A stretch of 64,000 nt of DNA from Candidatus Hydrogenedentota bacterium (GTDB lineage Bacteria; Hydrogenedentota; Hydrogenedentia; Hydrogenedentales; SLHB01). Under the pieces are notes generated by a model. The model saw only the letters and a list, made by a program, of their open reading frames with translations, ran no database searches and was not told the origin of the DNA. The translations under genes and the position numbers were made by a program. How positions within the stretch are numbered: position 1 is the first letter of the stretch; the number at the start of each line of letters is the position of its first letter. The DNA is taken from the NCBI GenBank assembly GCA_963668025.2, contig CAXXTH010000009.1, positions 32,001 through 96,000 on the forward strand, given 5' to 3'. This document shows positions 19,241 through 29,154 of this stretch, piece after piece.

Positions 19241-19933
19241 TCAGTATTTCTTCTTTTTATGAGATATGAACATATATCCGCAGACGATACCAGCAAAAAT
19301 TCCTGCCATAATCCCCATGGTGAATGGCCGGGAGCGGTATATGCTGGGCGTCGTATTGGTCTCGTTGAGCTGAAAGCTGTTGATGGCGGATTCAAACGCT
19401 GGTTGGAGCGATTCAAACATGCCGGCGGAAGCCGTGCAGGTCAGCGTGTATGACGCACCCATGCCCGGCACGATGACAGTCCAGTTACTCAATGCAGGCG
19501 CGTCTTCGGCGGTCTTGAACCGGCCATGAAGCGAGATGCATTTGCGGCCTGCGGCAATAATCACTTCCGAGCGCAATTCCTCGATGATCGAACCCATGTC
19601 AGTCATTTGTTTGGCGAATAGGGCGGCTTCTTTATCGATGTTTGCCTTTGATGTATCCACCATGCCGGGCCGCACCACGATATTGATATTGGGCGCAAAT
19701 CCTTCGGCCGCGGGATCATAGATCGCCGCATCCACTTGGGTGGCGAGTGCGGCGTTTGCCTCGCCAGAATCACGGGAAATGGCGTTGAGCTGGCCGCGCT
19801 CCGCCATGCGCCAGCCGCTAGGATATTCGAGCGAATAGCCGCGCGGGCTTTCATACCGTTCCGCCGTGGCGGCGCAGGAAATGCAGGCAATCAGCGCCAC
19901 TGCCCTCAACGTGACTAAAATCTTGTCTTGCAT
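19241..19933 (-). CDS. Exported protein, PsbP/DcrB-like fold, C-terminal TM anchor
   Basis: Signal peptide, GYSLEYPSGW, YTLTCTA...FESAINSF, C-terminal hydrophobic helix followed by KKKKY. Confidence 0.6.
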   Translation of the reverse strand: MQDKILVTLRAVALIACISCAATAERYESPRGYSLEYPSGWRMAERGQLNAISRDSGEANAALATQVDAAIYDPAAEGFAPNINIVVRPGMVDTSKANIDKEAALFAKQMTDMGSIIEELRSEVIIAAGRKCISLHGRFKTAEDAPALSNWTVIVPGMGASYTLTCTASAGMFESLQPAFESAINSFQLNETNTTPSIYRSRPFTMGIMAGIFAGIVCGYMFISHKKKKY

Positions 19934-19955
19934 GTGGCTTCCTTGTCAAAACACG

Positions 19956-19986
19956 GCGGGAGGCCTTTGACACAAAGGCCTCCCGC
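19956..19986 (-). terminator. Strong hairpin downstream of flotillin
   Basis: GCGGGAGGCCTTTG-aca-CAAAGGCCTCCCGC (14-bp stem); weak U tract. Confidence 0.65.
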
Positions 19987-19995
19987 TCATGCGTG

Positions 19996-21645
19996 TTATT
20001 CGCTGTCTTTCGCTTCCACCTCGGGCGGCTGCGGCTTTTCCGCAGGGGCTGCCGGGGGTGTTTCGGTGGAAGTGAGTTTGGCCAGGCATTCCGGTATCTC
20101 GACGCCGCCGATGTCTTTCATGACTTGCAGCATGGGCGGCAGCGAATGCGCAAGGCCCGATAAAAATCCCGCCGTGCTCGAACCGTTGCTTCCGCCATTC
20201 TCCCAGACCACTACCTTGTCAAACTTGATATTCGAGATAGCCTGGGCCGACGCCTTGGCCAGGCTGTCCAAATGCTCGAGCATCATTAGTTGGAAGGCCT
20301 GCTGGGAGCCGCCGCAGGCATTTACGATGCGTTCGAGGCCCTCGCCTTTCTTGGCCAGGATCTCGTATTCGCCCCGGGCTTCCGCCTCGAGCTTCGCGAA
20401 GATGGCCGACGCTTCGCCTTCGGCTTCGAGCCGGCGCTTTTCCTTGGCGGCCTCGGCCTCGACGATGATCTGCGCCTTTTGCGCCTTGGCGGGTGCTTCA
20501 AGCTGGGCGCGGCGTTCTTGTTCGATGCGTTCCGCCTCGGCGATGGCGGCCTTGGCCATGGCGAGGTTTTGCGCCTCGAGCACGGCGGCCTCTGCTTCCC
20601 GCTTCTTAGTTTCACCGATCTGGTACGACTCGGCTTCCCGCACCTGCAAGGTCGCGTTCGACGCGGCGATGGCCGCGCGCGACGTGTTCTCCCCCTCGGT
20701 GGCGCGGGCTTCCGCCTCGGCCACGGCCACGCGGCGGTCGCGTTCCGCTTCCTTTTCACCTTTCACGGCGAGGGCGTTGGCGCTGGCCACCTCGATGCGC
20801 ATTTGGCGTTCGCTGTCTTTGATCTGCGCTTCCCGCTGGAACGCGGCAGCCTGTTCGCCTACTTTTTGTTCTTTCTCGAGTTCCGCAATGCTGACGGCTT
20901 GTTCGCGCTGGGCGGCGCGCACACCCACTTCACGCCGCTTGTTGGCCTCGGCCACTTGGACAAATCTCTCACGTTCAGCGTCCGCTACGCGAATCTCACC
21001 CATCTTTTCCTGGTCGGCCACATCGCCCCGGGCTTGCTGGATGGCCTGCGAGGCCGCCTTGCGGCCAATGGCTTCGATGTAGCCCGAGCCGTCCGTGATG
21101 TCGGTGATGTTCACATTAATCAACACCAGGCCGATCTTGCGCAGTTCAGGCTCGAGAGAACTCTGGATGCTATGGAGGAATTTCTCGCGATCGCGGTTGA
21201 TCTCCTCGATGCTCATGGACGCGATCACCTGGCGCAATTGGCCGAAGATGATGTCCTCGGCCTGTTTGCGGACTTGGGCCGTATCCAGCGTGAGCAGGCG
21301 GATCGCCGCATTCTGCATGATCTCCGGCTCCGTGCCGATGGCCACCGTGAACACGCTGGGTACGCTCACGCGGATATTCTCGAACGACAAGGCGTCTTTG
21401 AGGGGCACTTCAATTTGAATCGGTTCGAGGCTCAGGTAGCCATAGTCTTGAATGAGCGGCCAGACAAACGCCGCGCCGCCATGGATGCATTTCGAGGTGC
21501 GGCCTGACTGCACCTTGCCGTATATAACCAGCACGTTATTGCTCGGGCAGCGCTTGTAGCGCTTCGCCAGAATCAGCAGAAACATCACGGTGAACAAGAA
21601 CAACAAAAGAATCATCGCAATGATGGGAACCATATCCATAGGCAT
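19996..21645 (-). CDS. Flotillin (SPFH/band 7) family protein
   Basis: N-terminal TM, SPFH domain (GGAAFVWPLIQ, GQLRQVIASMSIEEINRDR), AEA-rich coiled coil. Confidence 0.93.
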   Translation of the reverse strand: MPMDMVPIIAMILLLFLFTVMFLLILAKRYKRCPSNNVLVIYGKVQSGRTSKCIHGGAAFVWPLIQDYGYLSLEPIQIEVPLKDALSFENIRVSVPSVFTVAIGTEPEIMQNAAIRLLTLDTAQVRKQAEDIIFGQLRQVIASMSIEEINRDREKFLHSIQSSLEPELRKIGLVLINVNITDITDGSGYIEAIGRKAASQAIQQARGDVADQEKMGEIRVADAERERFVQVAEANKRREVGVRAAQREQAVSIAELEKEQKVGEQAAAFQREAQIKDSERQMRIEVASANALAVKGEKEAERDRRVAVAEAEARATEGENTSRAAIAASNATLQVREAESYQIGETKKREAEAAVLEAQNLAMAKAAIAEAERIEQERRAQLEAPAKAQKAQIIVEAEAAKEKRRLEAEGEASAIFAKLEAEARGEYEILAKKGEGLERIVNACGGSQQAFQLMMLEHLDSLAKASAQAISNIKFDKVVVWENGGSNGSSTAGFLSGLAHSLPPMLQVMKDIGGVEIPECLAKLTSTETPPAAPAEKPQPPEVEAKDSE

Positions 21646-21649
21646 GATA

Positions 21650-22237
21650 CTACTCTCCTTCCTGGGTCGAAACGGGCGCCACCTGGACGGTGTCCGGCCC
21701 GAGTACATCCACGACCACCACCGCCGTGCCGGTTGGCAAGGCGTCTTTATCCGTCACGGCCTGGTACTCCATGGTGCGGTTCTGCACCGTCACCGTTACT
21801 TTACCCATGCCCGCTTGCTGGCCAGGAATGGCCAGATACACCGTGCCTCCCTGCCCGATGGTGTTTTCGATGTGGACGTTTCCATCGGATTGAAGGCGGT
21901 ACAGCAAGCGCATGAGCCACGCCATGAGGAACATGGCGCAAAGACCCGCTGCAAGCGCTGGAAAAATCCCCAGCACAGGGGGCCATCCGGCGGAATCGGA
22001 TGCGAGGCCCGCCCATCCGAAAAACGCCAGTGCCGCTGTCAAGGTGCGCACTGAGACGACCCCAAAGAACCAGGACGAGTCGGCGTGATCGTGATCCGCG
22101 CCGCCTCCCTCGAAGTGGACATCATGGCTGAGCTCGATATGCCCCATGCCATGGTCCGCCCCCAGGAGGAGCATGGCAATTTGGAACACGGCCACGAGCG
22201 TGCCCACTCCGGCACAAACCGCGTATATGGAAAACAT
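21650..22237 (-). CDS. NfeD-like membrane protein
   Basis: Three TMs plus OB-like tail GTVYLAIP...GKVTV...LPTGTAVVVV; directly upstream of flotillin. Confidence 0.85.
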   Translation of the reverse strand: MFSIYAVCAGVGTLVAVFQIAMLLLGADHGMGHIELSHDVHFEGGGADHDHADSSWFFGVVSVRTLTAALAFFGWAGLASDSAGWPPVLGIFPALAAGLCAMFLMAWLMRLLYRLQSDGNVHIENTIGQGGTVYLAIPGQQAGMGKVTVTVQNRTMEYQAVTDKDALPTGTAVVVVDVLGPDTVQVAPVSTQEGE

Positions 22238-22379
22238 TGCCTCCCCTTTCTGTGTTGGAGGCCGCAACCCGAATCCAGGAGCTATAATAGACAAGCGTGC
22301 AAAAGGTTTCAATTATCCGAAAACAGAAATCCAAGCCCCATTTCATTCTCATCTATTCACGGCCTGGATTCATCCACTA

Positions 22380-22650
22380 CCGTGGGTGTTGCCCACATCC
22401 CAATGGAACGACTTTGCGTGAATATAGATTGGATGGGCATCCTGTTAATAAACTATTTCACGCAAAGCCGCAAAGAATACAAAGGTTCACGGCATATCGT
22501 AACCACAATTAAAGGGCCGGATTGTAGGAGGACATCATACAGGAGCACGGGTATTACGCCATGAATCTAGCGGTTTGCACACCTGCTAAACTATTATAAA
22601 AAAGTGGCTTGCGTCTGTAGGAGAACGGCTTTTCATTTCTTGTACAAGCA
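22380..22650 (+). repeat. Composite non-coding dispersed repeat, copy B (shorter)
   Basis: Shares GTGGG(C/T)GTTGCCCAC, TTTCACGCAAAGCCGCAAAGAATACAA and CGCCATGAATCTAGCG blocks with copy A. Confidence 0.75.
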
Positions 22651-22743
22651 GGGGTTTATGATACTACATGCGCCGAAGGGGTAGGACTTGAGCCTTTTCC
22701 CGCCGGAGCTGTTCATAGCTCCTTAAAACGCACCTGTGGCTAT

Positions 22744-23991
22744 TCATACTGTTTGCCGTTTTGGCGTGGAACGCCACCAATCATAACCAATCAGCGCCGC
22801 CAAAATTAGGTAACACGATGGCACCAGATAAAAGGCCCCGCTCAGGCCGCCGAGTTGGTTGCCCAAATAACCCATGAGCCAAGTAAAGACGCCGCAACCA
22901 GGCACGCCCGCGCACGAAAGCAAAATGAACAGCATGGTCGTATCCGCCTCCGGCAGCCGGTCGGTGCAATAGCTTTGAATACTGGGCCAAAAAGGGGCCG
23001 TTGCGATGCCCGACAAAAAGAGCAACACGCATAACACATATAGATTGTCCAAAAAGGGAAATGGAAGCGTGACCAGCACGCCAGCCAGCGCCGACCACAC
23101 GATAAGCTGCTTCAGTTGATGCTGCCGGATAAGGTATCCCCAGCCGGATCGTCCGAGAAACATGCCCGCCGCAAAACAGGCGGTGCCAAAACCGCCCGCC
23201 CACGCGGAATCCACGAAGTTCAGCCGGATGAAGCTGGCGCACCAGAATGTCAGGCAAAATTCCCCGCCGCCCGCGACGAACATCGCCGCAAAAAACAGCC
23301 AGAATCCCCGGATGCGGCATATCGCCGCCATTTGATTCCAGATTGTTTTCCAATGGATCGGCTCATGATGCTCCATCGGCTTACGCGAAGATGAGCCAGG
23401 CAATAACAACATAGCTGCGGCGCCCATCGAGAATACTGCCACTAAGCCAGCCAGGATACGCCAAGATACGCCTAACGACATCAGGCCACCGGACAACAAT
23501 ACCGTGGCCAAAACGCCGACCGACCAAAAAGAATGAGCGAAGTTGATGTAGCGTCCCGGCTCTGCCGGATGGAGGTCTTGTACAAAGGGCGTGGCGATTC
23601 CCTCGATGATGCCCTCTCCTAATCCCGCCACCATTAAAGCGAGAAACAATACGCCATACGAGGGCGCGAACGCACATAGCATAATGCCTGCGCCCATCAG
23701 CGCCACGGATACTCCAAAAGTCCGGCGTTTGCCCCAGCGTCCCGAAATGAATCCGCACAACAACATAGCCGCCACCATGGGAACATTGCGGCCAAGCGGG
23801 AGCGCTCCTCCCGCTGACATGCCACCGGATTCGAGCGAGAATCCCAGTTCCCTGGCCAGCGAGACCAAGGCTACCGGTACGACCATGGAACTGCCCGCGT
23901 ATGCGATCATGCTATTAAACGAGGCGTAGTCGTAACGGCCAAATGTCATTCGTTTCGGCAATATGCTTTCAGGGGCTTGTATAGCCATCAT
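22744..23991 (-). CDS. MFS transporter
   Basis: About 12 hydrophobic segments; motif A-like GFISGRWGKRR. Confidence 0.88.
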   Translation of the reverse strand: MMAIQAPESILPKRMTFGRYDYASFNSMIAYAGSSMVVPVALVSLARELGFSLESGGMSAGGALPLGRNVPMVAAMLLCGFISGRWGKRRTFGVSVALMGAGIMLCAFAPSYGVLFLALMVAGLGEGIIEGIATPFVQDLHPAEPGRYINFAHSFWSVGVLATVLLSGGLMSLGVSWRILAGLVAVFSMGAAAMLLLPGSSSRKPMEHHEPIHWKTIWNQMAAICRIRGFWLFFAAMFVAGGGEFCLTFWCASFIRLNFVDSAWAGGFGTACFAAGMFLGRSGWGYLIRQHQLKQLIVWSALAGVLVTLPFPFLDNLYVLCVLLFLSGIATAPFWPSIQSYCTDRLPEADTTMLFILLSCAGVPGCGVFTWLMGYLGNQLGGLSGAFYLVPSCYLILAALIGYDWWRSTPKRQTV

Positions 23992-24153
23992 GGCTCCTAT
24001 ACATCCAGGCGAGGCGCTGGCGAAAAACAGGCCTCGATCATTTTTCTCAAATAAGTATTGTTTTATCGAACAGCGATGCCGATAATCATGGGTTGCAGGC
24101 GCGGTGCATGCGCCTCAGGTAACACCTTTTTCGTATGGAGCGCAAAACAAATC

Positions 24154-25659
24154 ATGATACCTGAAAACTTGATGCTGCTCAAAGAACGGCTGGGAGCCGT
24201 TTGGGATATTCGCTCAGCGGGCGCTGTACTCGGCTGGGATCAAGAAACGTATATGCCGTCAAAAGGGGCCGCCACCCGGGGACAGCAGCTCGCGACCTTA
24301 TCGGCGCTGGCGCACCGCTTGTTTACCGAGCCCGAAATTGGGGGCTTGTTGGAACGGCTGTGGGAAGCCTCAGATTCGCTTTCACCTGCTGACGCCAAAT
24401 TGATCGAAGTGGCCCGGTACGATTACCAGCGCGCCATCAAACTCCCCGAATCGTTCGTGGAGGAATTCGCTCTCGAACAAAGCCGTTCATATGAGGCCTG
24501 GGTGAAGGCGCGCACCGAATCGGACTTCGCGCAGTTCGAGCCATCGCTGGTGAAAATGCTCGATCTGCTGCGCCGCAAGGCGGACTACTTCGGGTATGAA
24601 GATACGCCATATGATGCGCTGCTGGAAGAATATGAGCGTGGGGCCACGACGGCCGCTGTCCGTGCCGTGTTCAAGGAGCTGGCCCCCCGCCAAAGCGCAT
24701 TGGCCGCCCGTATCGCATCGTCGCCCCATCAGCCGGAGTTGTCCTGGCTGGAGCAGGATTGGCCGGAAGACAAGCAATGGGATTTCACCATGCAGGTCGT
24801 CCGTGAACTGGGATATGATCTCGATGCGGGGCGGCAAGACCGCTCGATTCATCCCTTCACGACCAGTTTCGGCTCGCAGGATGTGCGCATCACGACGCGG
24901 TTGAATTCCCGCTTGCTCTTCTCGGGCATGATGGGGTCGATCCACGAATGCGGCCACGCTTTGTATGAGCAAGGATATGATCCGGCGGACGCCCGCACGA
25001 TGCTGCTCGACGGCGCTTCCCTGGGCATACACGAATCCCAGTCGCGCATGTGGGAGAACATCATTGGGCGCAGCCTGCCATTCTGGAAACACTATGCGCC
25101 CATACTGCGCGAATATTTCCCAAAACAACTTGATGGCATCGGCCCGGAGGCCATCTACCGCGCCATCAACCACGTCCAGCCTTCCTTCATCCGGGTCGAG
25201 GCGGACGAATGCACCTATAATCTCCACATCATCATGCGCTTCGAGCTGGAAGTGGACTTGATTGAAGGCCGCATGCAGGCGCGCGAAGTCCCCGAGGCGT
25301 GGAACGCGAAGATGAAGGAATACTTAGGGATTGATGTGCCCGATGACGCCCATGGCTGTTTGCAGGATATCCATTGGGCGCATGGGTACATGGGATACTT
25401 CCCCACATATGCGCTGGGAAATCTGTATGCCTCCCAAATCGTCGAAGCGATGGGCAAGGCGATTCCTGATATGTGGGAGCAAGTCGAGGAAGGGCGTTTC
25501 GCGCACATCCTGGGCTGGCTGCGTGAGCATATCCACCGCCATGGCCGGCGCAAGCTGGCCGCGGAATTGATCCGGGATGTGGCTGGCGAACCGCTCAACG
25601 CGGAGCCATACATCCGGTATCTCGAGCGTAAATATGGCGCGTTATATGGGCTGGCCTGA
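24154..25659 (+). CDS. Carboxypeptidase, family M32 (Taq-like)
   Basis: HPF, DVRIT, HECGH, HESQS, IRVEAD, GCLQDIHW, GYFPTYALG. Confidence 0.96.
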   Translation: MIPENLMLLKERLGAVWDIRSAGAVLGWDQETYMPSKGAATRGQQLATLSALAHRLFTEPEIGGLLERLWEASDSLSPADAKLIEVARYDYQRAIKLPESFVEEFALEQSRSYEAWVKARTESDFAQFEPSLVKMLDLLRRKADYFGYEDTPYDALLEEYERGATTAAVRAVFKELAPRQSALAARIASSPHQPELSWLEQDWPEDKQWDFTMQVVRELGYDLDAGRQDRSIHPFTTSFGSQDVRITTRLNSRLLFSGMMGSIHECGHALYEQGYDPADARTMLLDGASLGIHESQSRMWENIIGRSLPFWKHYAPILREYFPKQLDGIGPEAIYRAINHVQPSFIRVEADECTYNLHIIMRFELEVDLIEGRMQAREVPEAWNAKMKEYLGIDVPDDAHGCLQDIHWAHGYMGYFPTYALGNLYASQIVEAMGKAIPDMWEQVEEGRFAHILGWLREHIHRHGRRKLAAELIRDVAGEPLNAEPYIRYLERKYGALYGLA

Positions 25660-26016
25660 TCCCTAATCGCAGGATAATCGCCATGATGTACTGGCATGCA
25701 TGCAGAAAGCAGCATTTTGTGTAGGTTCACCCGTTTGGTGAGATAGCGCCATTTCAACGTGGAGAACGCAGAGTTTCGCGGAGAGACTGCTCATTGTTTT
25801 CATCCAATGAAGCTCTTTCCATGAATGTGCGAAGAGGTTATCCGAAAAAGCAGTTTTTCTATTTCTTGCTCTGCGGGCCTCTGCGTCCTCCGCACCTCTG
25901 CGTTTAAAATGTTACCTATAGTTTTAAGTATAGTAATTATAAATATAACACAGTAAGCTTATCCGGCAATTCCGGCAATTTTCGCTGGCGCAACGGCTTA
26001 TGATACAGTTCTTCGT

Positions 26017-26814
26017 ATGCCATCACCCCAGGACCATAACCGCTTTCAAGCGTTCTTCGAAGAGGAGACCTATGTCGTCCTCAAGAACCGTTTGTACAAT
26101 TACCAAGTGCGCAAACGCGCCATCGAGCCGTCGCTTGCTTTGGAAGAAAGCAGCCTAGTACTCGAAGTGGGGAGCGGCTTGTCGCCCATCGTGACAAGCT
26201 CCCCTCGCGTGGTGTTTTCGGAACTGTCGCATCTGGCCTTGAAGACGTTGCGGCGGCATCATGGAAAAGGCTGGTACGTCGTGGCCGACGCCACCCGGCT
26301 GCCGTTCAAAACAGGCGCATTCACCCATTGCGTGTGTTCAGAAGTGCTCGAACACATTCCAGATGACCAATCGGCTATCCGCGAATTGGCGCGCGTCGCG
26401 GCTCCCGGGGGGGATATCACCATCACGGTCCCGTATCGCCAATGGTATTTTGCGCTGGACGACCGCTTTGTGCATCATCACCGGCGCTACGAACCGGGCG
26501 AACTGGAAAAGGCCCTCGAAGCGGCGGGTGCGCACCCCGAAAGCGTGCGCAAAATACTCGGGCCCATGGAAAAAGCGCTGATGCTGTCGGTGATCGCCCT
26601 ATGCGCAGGACTGTTTAACTTCGAGGAAGGCCGGAAACCTCCTTCCTGGGTATATCCATTGTTGCGCGGGTGCGCGCCGCTGTTCGGATTGGCCAACCGC
26701 CTATTGGCGGCGCTGGCCCGGCTGGATGCGTGCATCATGCCGATGGCCTGGGCCACTTGCGTGATGATCAAGGCGCGCAAACTAGGGCCGGATGGCCCAC
26801 GTTTGCCAGGATGA
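26017..26814 (+). CDS. Class I SAM-dependent methyltransferase
   Basis: VLEVGSG, VADATRLPF, SEVLEHIPDD, HHRRY. Confidence 0.88.
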   Translation: MPSPQDHNRFQAFFEEETYVVLKNRLYNYQVRKRAIEPSLALEESSLVLEVGSGLSPIVTSSPRVVFSELSHLALKTLRRHHGKGWYVVADATRLPFKTGAFTHCVCSEVLEHIPDDQSAIRELARVAAPGGDITITVPYRQWYFALDDRFVHHHRRYEPGELEKALEAAGAHPESVRKILGPMEKALMLSVIALCAGLFNFEEGRKPPSWVYPLLRGCAPLFGLANRLLAALARLDACIMPMAWATCVMIKARKLGPDGPRLPG

Positions 26815-28655
26815 ACACGATGTCTACTATCTTCTTCGCGCCACCCATGCCCCATCCACCCGCGCCAGTAAACAAAGGCTGGCGCATAGGGCTCATGATT
26901 GCGCTGGGAGTATTGACGCTGGCTCCGTATGCCCAGACCGCCTGGTTCGGTTTTGTCCGATATGACGATGGCGTATATGTTTACGAGAACGATGTTGTCC
27001 GGCAGGGGTTGACTTTTGACGGGCTGCGGTATGCCTTCACCAGCAGCGTCAACGGCACCTGGCTGCCGTTGGCCATGCTATCCCATATGCTCGACTGCCA
27101 GCTTTACGGCCTTAATGCGGGCGGCCATCACCTGACAAACGTAGTGATTCATGTGGCGGGCGTGCTGGCGCTCTTCGCGGCGCTGGTCCGCATGACCGGC
27201 CAATGGGGCCCAAGCGCGTTTGCCGCGGCCCTATTTGGCGTCCATCCTTTACATGTCGAATCCGTCGCCTGGATATCTGAACGCAAGGATGTGCTGAGCG
27301 CGTTGTTCTGGATGCTCACGCTCCTCGCCTACGCACGGTATGCGGAACGGCCTTGCGGGCGGCGATATGGCGTGGTGGCCCTGCTATATGCAATGGGCCT
27401 CATGTCCAAGGCCATGCTTGTGACGCTGCCGTGCGTCCTGCTGCTGCTTGATTACTGGCCTTTACGCCGATGCGAGCCGTTATCATTTCGCCGCATGATG
27501 CGGCTGGCGCTCGAAAAGGTTCCGCTGTTTATTCAGGCGGCGGCGGCGTCATGGGTGGCCGTGCTGGCCCAGCACCACGACAAGGCCATGAGCTCGCTCG
27601 ATGCGCTGCCGTTGTCGTGGCGCGTCTCCAACGCCTTGGTTGCGTATGTGCGTTATCTCGGCAAAATCTTTTGGCCTGATAATCTTGCCATATTCTATCC
27701 GCATCCATTGGGTTCGCTGCCCATGCCTGCCGTGGCGGGAGCGGCGGCCTTCCTCGTGCTGCTCACGGTGCTGGCGCTGATGAGACTGCGGCGGACGCCC
27801 TATGCCGCCGTGGGCTGGTTTTGGTTTATAGGCGTCCTCGTGCCCGTCATCGGCCTGGTGCAAGTGGGCACGCAAGCCATGGCGGACCGCTATGTGCATA
27901 TTCCGCTGATTGGCATAACCATTGCGTTAGCATGGGGCATGCGCGCCATGGCCATGCGACTTAAATTGCCTAAAACAGCGCTGGCTGCAATGGGGCTCGG
28001 AGCCGTGGTGTTGCTGGCCGTGCTTGCTACGATGCAGGCAAGGGTATGGCGCAGTTCAGAATCCTTGTTCATGCAGGCTGCTACGGCTGTTCCACGCAAT
28101 GATTTCGCTCATTACAATCTAGGTTCCCTGTACCGGGACGAAAACCGCTTGGATGAGGCTGCCCGTGAATTCGCCTTGGTCATTGGCTCCCGCGATCATG
28201 ACGCCAAGGCCCGCCGCGCCCTGGCCGAGACCTACAGCACGCAAGGGCGCTTAGTGGAAGCGCAGGCGCTTCTTCTCGAATCCGCGAAGCGGCATCCGAA
28301 TGACGCCAAAATGCAGGCCGATCTAGGCGCGGCGCTGCTGCGCATGGGCCGTACGGGGGAAGCGGCGGCCCGGTTCCAGCGCGCCCTGGAGCTTGATCCC
28401 AACTTGACCGAAGCTGAGGACAATCTAGCCGCCGCACAGCTCATGCTGGGGCATTTCGCGGAAGCGGAAACCGCCTTGCGGCATGCCCTTGCACTGCGGC
28501 CCAATGACGCCGTGTTGCACAACAATCTGGGCCTGGCGCTCCTCGGGCAAGGCAAGCGCGAGGATGGCATCCGCGCATTACGGGAGGCCCTTCGGATTGA
28601 TCCAGCATACGCGCAAGCGCGCGATCTGCTTCTGCAAGTCGAAGGGCAACAGTGA
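26811..28655 (+). CDS. Multi-TM TMTC-like (GT-C-like) protein with C-terminal TPR repeats
   Basis: FVRYDD, HPLHVESVAWISERKD, ADRY motifs; about five TPR units; ATGA overlap with the methyltransferase gene. Confidence 0.85.
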   Translation: MNTMSTIFFAPPMPHPPAPVNKGWRIGLMIALGVLTLAPYAQTAWFGFVRYDDGVYVYENDVVRQGLTFDGLRYAFTSSVNGTWLPLAMLSHMLDCQLYGLNAGGHHLTNVVIHVAGVLALFAALVRMTGQWGPSAFAAALFGVHPLHVESVAWISERKDVLSALFWMLTLLAYARYAERPCGRRYGVVALLYAMGLMSKAMLVTLPCVLLLLDYWPLRRCEPLSFRRMMRLALEKVPLFIQAAAASWVAVLAQHHDKAMSSLDALPLSWRVSNALVAYVRYLGKIFWPDNLAIFYPHPLGSLPMPAVAGAAAFLVLLTVLALMRLRRTPYAAVGWFWFIGVLVPVIGLVQVGTQAMADRYVHIPLIGITIALAWGMRAMAMRLKLPKTALAAMGLGAVVLLAVLATMQARVWRSSESLFMQAATAVPRNDFAHYNLGSLYRDENRLDEAAREFALVIGSRDHDAKARRALAETYSTQGRLVEAQALLLESAKRHPNDAKMQADLGAALLRMGRTGEAAARFQRALELDPNLTEAEDNLAAAQLMLGHFAEAETALRHALALRPNDAVLHNNLGLALLGQGKREDGIRALREALRIDPAYAQARDLLLQVEGQQ

Positions 28656-28679
28656 TGGATACCACCAGTATTTAGACTC

Positions 28680-29053
28680 TTCAGTACCTTACGCTCAAGC
28701 TTTTACACGAAAAAAGTTTTTCGCCTATAGACGCAAGTAGCTTTTTGGCAATGGTTTAGCGGGTGCGAGAATCCCCAGATTCATGGCGTTCCATTGGGCG
28801 GTGGTCCATATCTTCGCTCTTGCATAAGGTGGCTTCAAAACCCGGCTCTTTGATTGCGGCTATGCCGCGCGTTAAACCTTGTATTCTTTGCAGCTTCGCG
28901 GCTTTGCGTGAAATATATTATTATATATTATACATATAACTACCACTACTGCGCACAACCAATTTATACTCACGCAAAGCCGCCAAGAACGCAAAGATAA
29001 ACGAGAATGAACAGTGTTATGCTATTCCATTGGGCTGTGGGCAACGCCCACGC
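28680..29053 (-). repeat. Composite non-coding dispersed repeat, copy C
   Basis: Reverse complement of copy A, including GCGTGGGCGTTGCCCACA...ATAGCATAACACTGTTCATTCTCGTTTATCTTTGCGTTCTTGGCGGCTTTGCGTG. Confidence 0.85.
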
Positions 29054-29102
29054 CAGGATTCATAATCTCACCTATCGCATGGCGTATTGGACAACAAAAG
29101 AC

Positions 29103-29126
29103 GGGGAAGCATCGTTTGGCTTCCCC
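29103..29126 (-). terminator. Probable intrinsic terminator after cydB
   Basis: GGGGAAGC...GCTTCCCC stem followed by GTCTTTTGTT on the minus strand. Confidence 0.55.
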
Positions 29127-29154
29127 ATAAAGTACGTCATTATTCTGGAATGGC

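Noticed and set aside
20290-21507. 405-aa plus-strand ORF
   Set aside because: Antisense shadow of flotillin caused by GC-rich codon bias.
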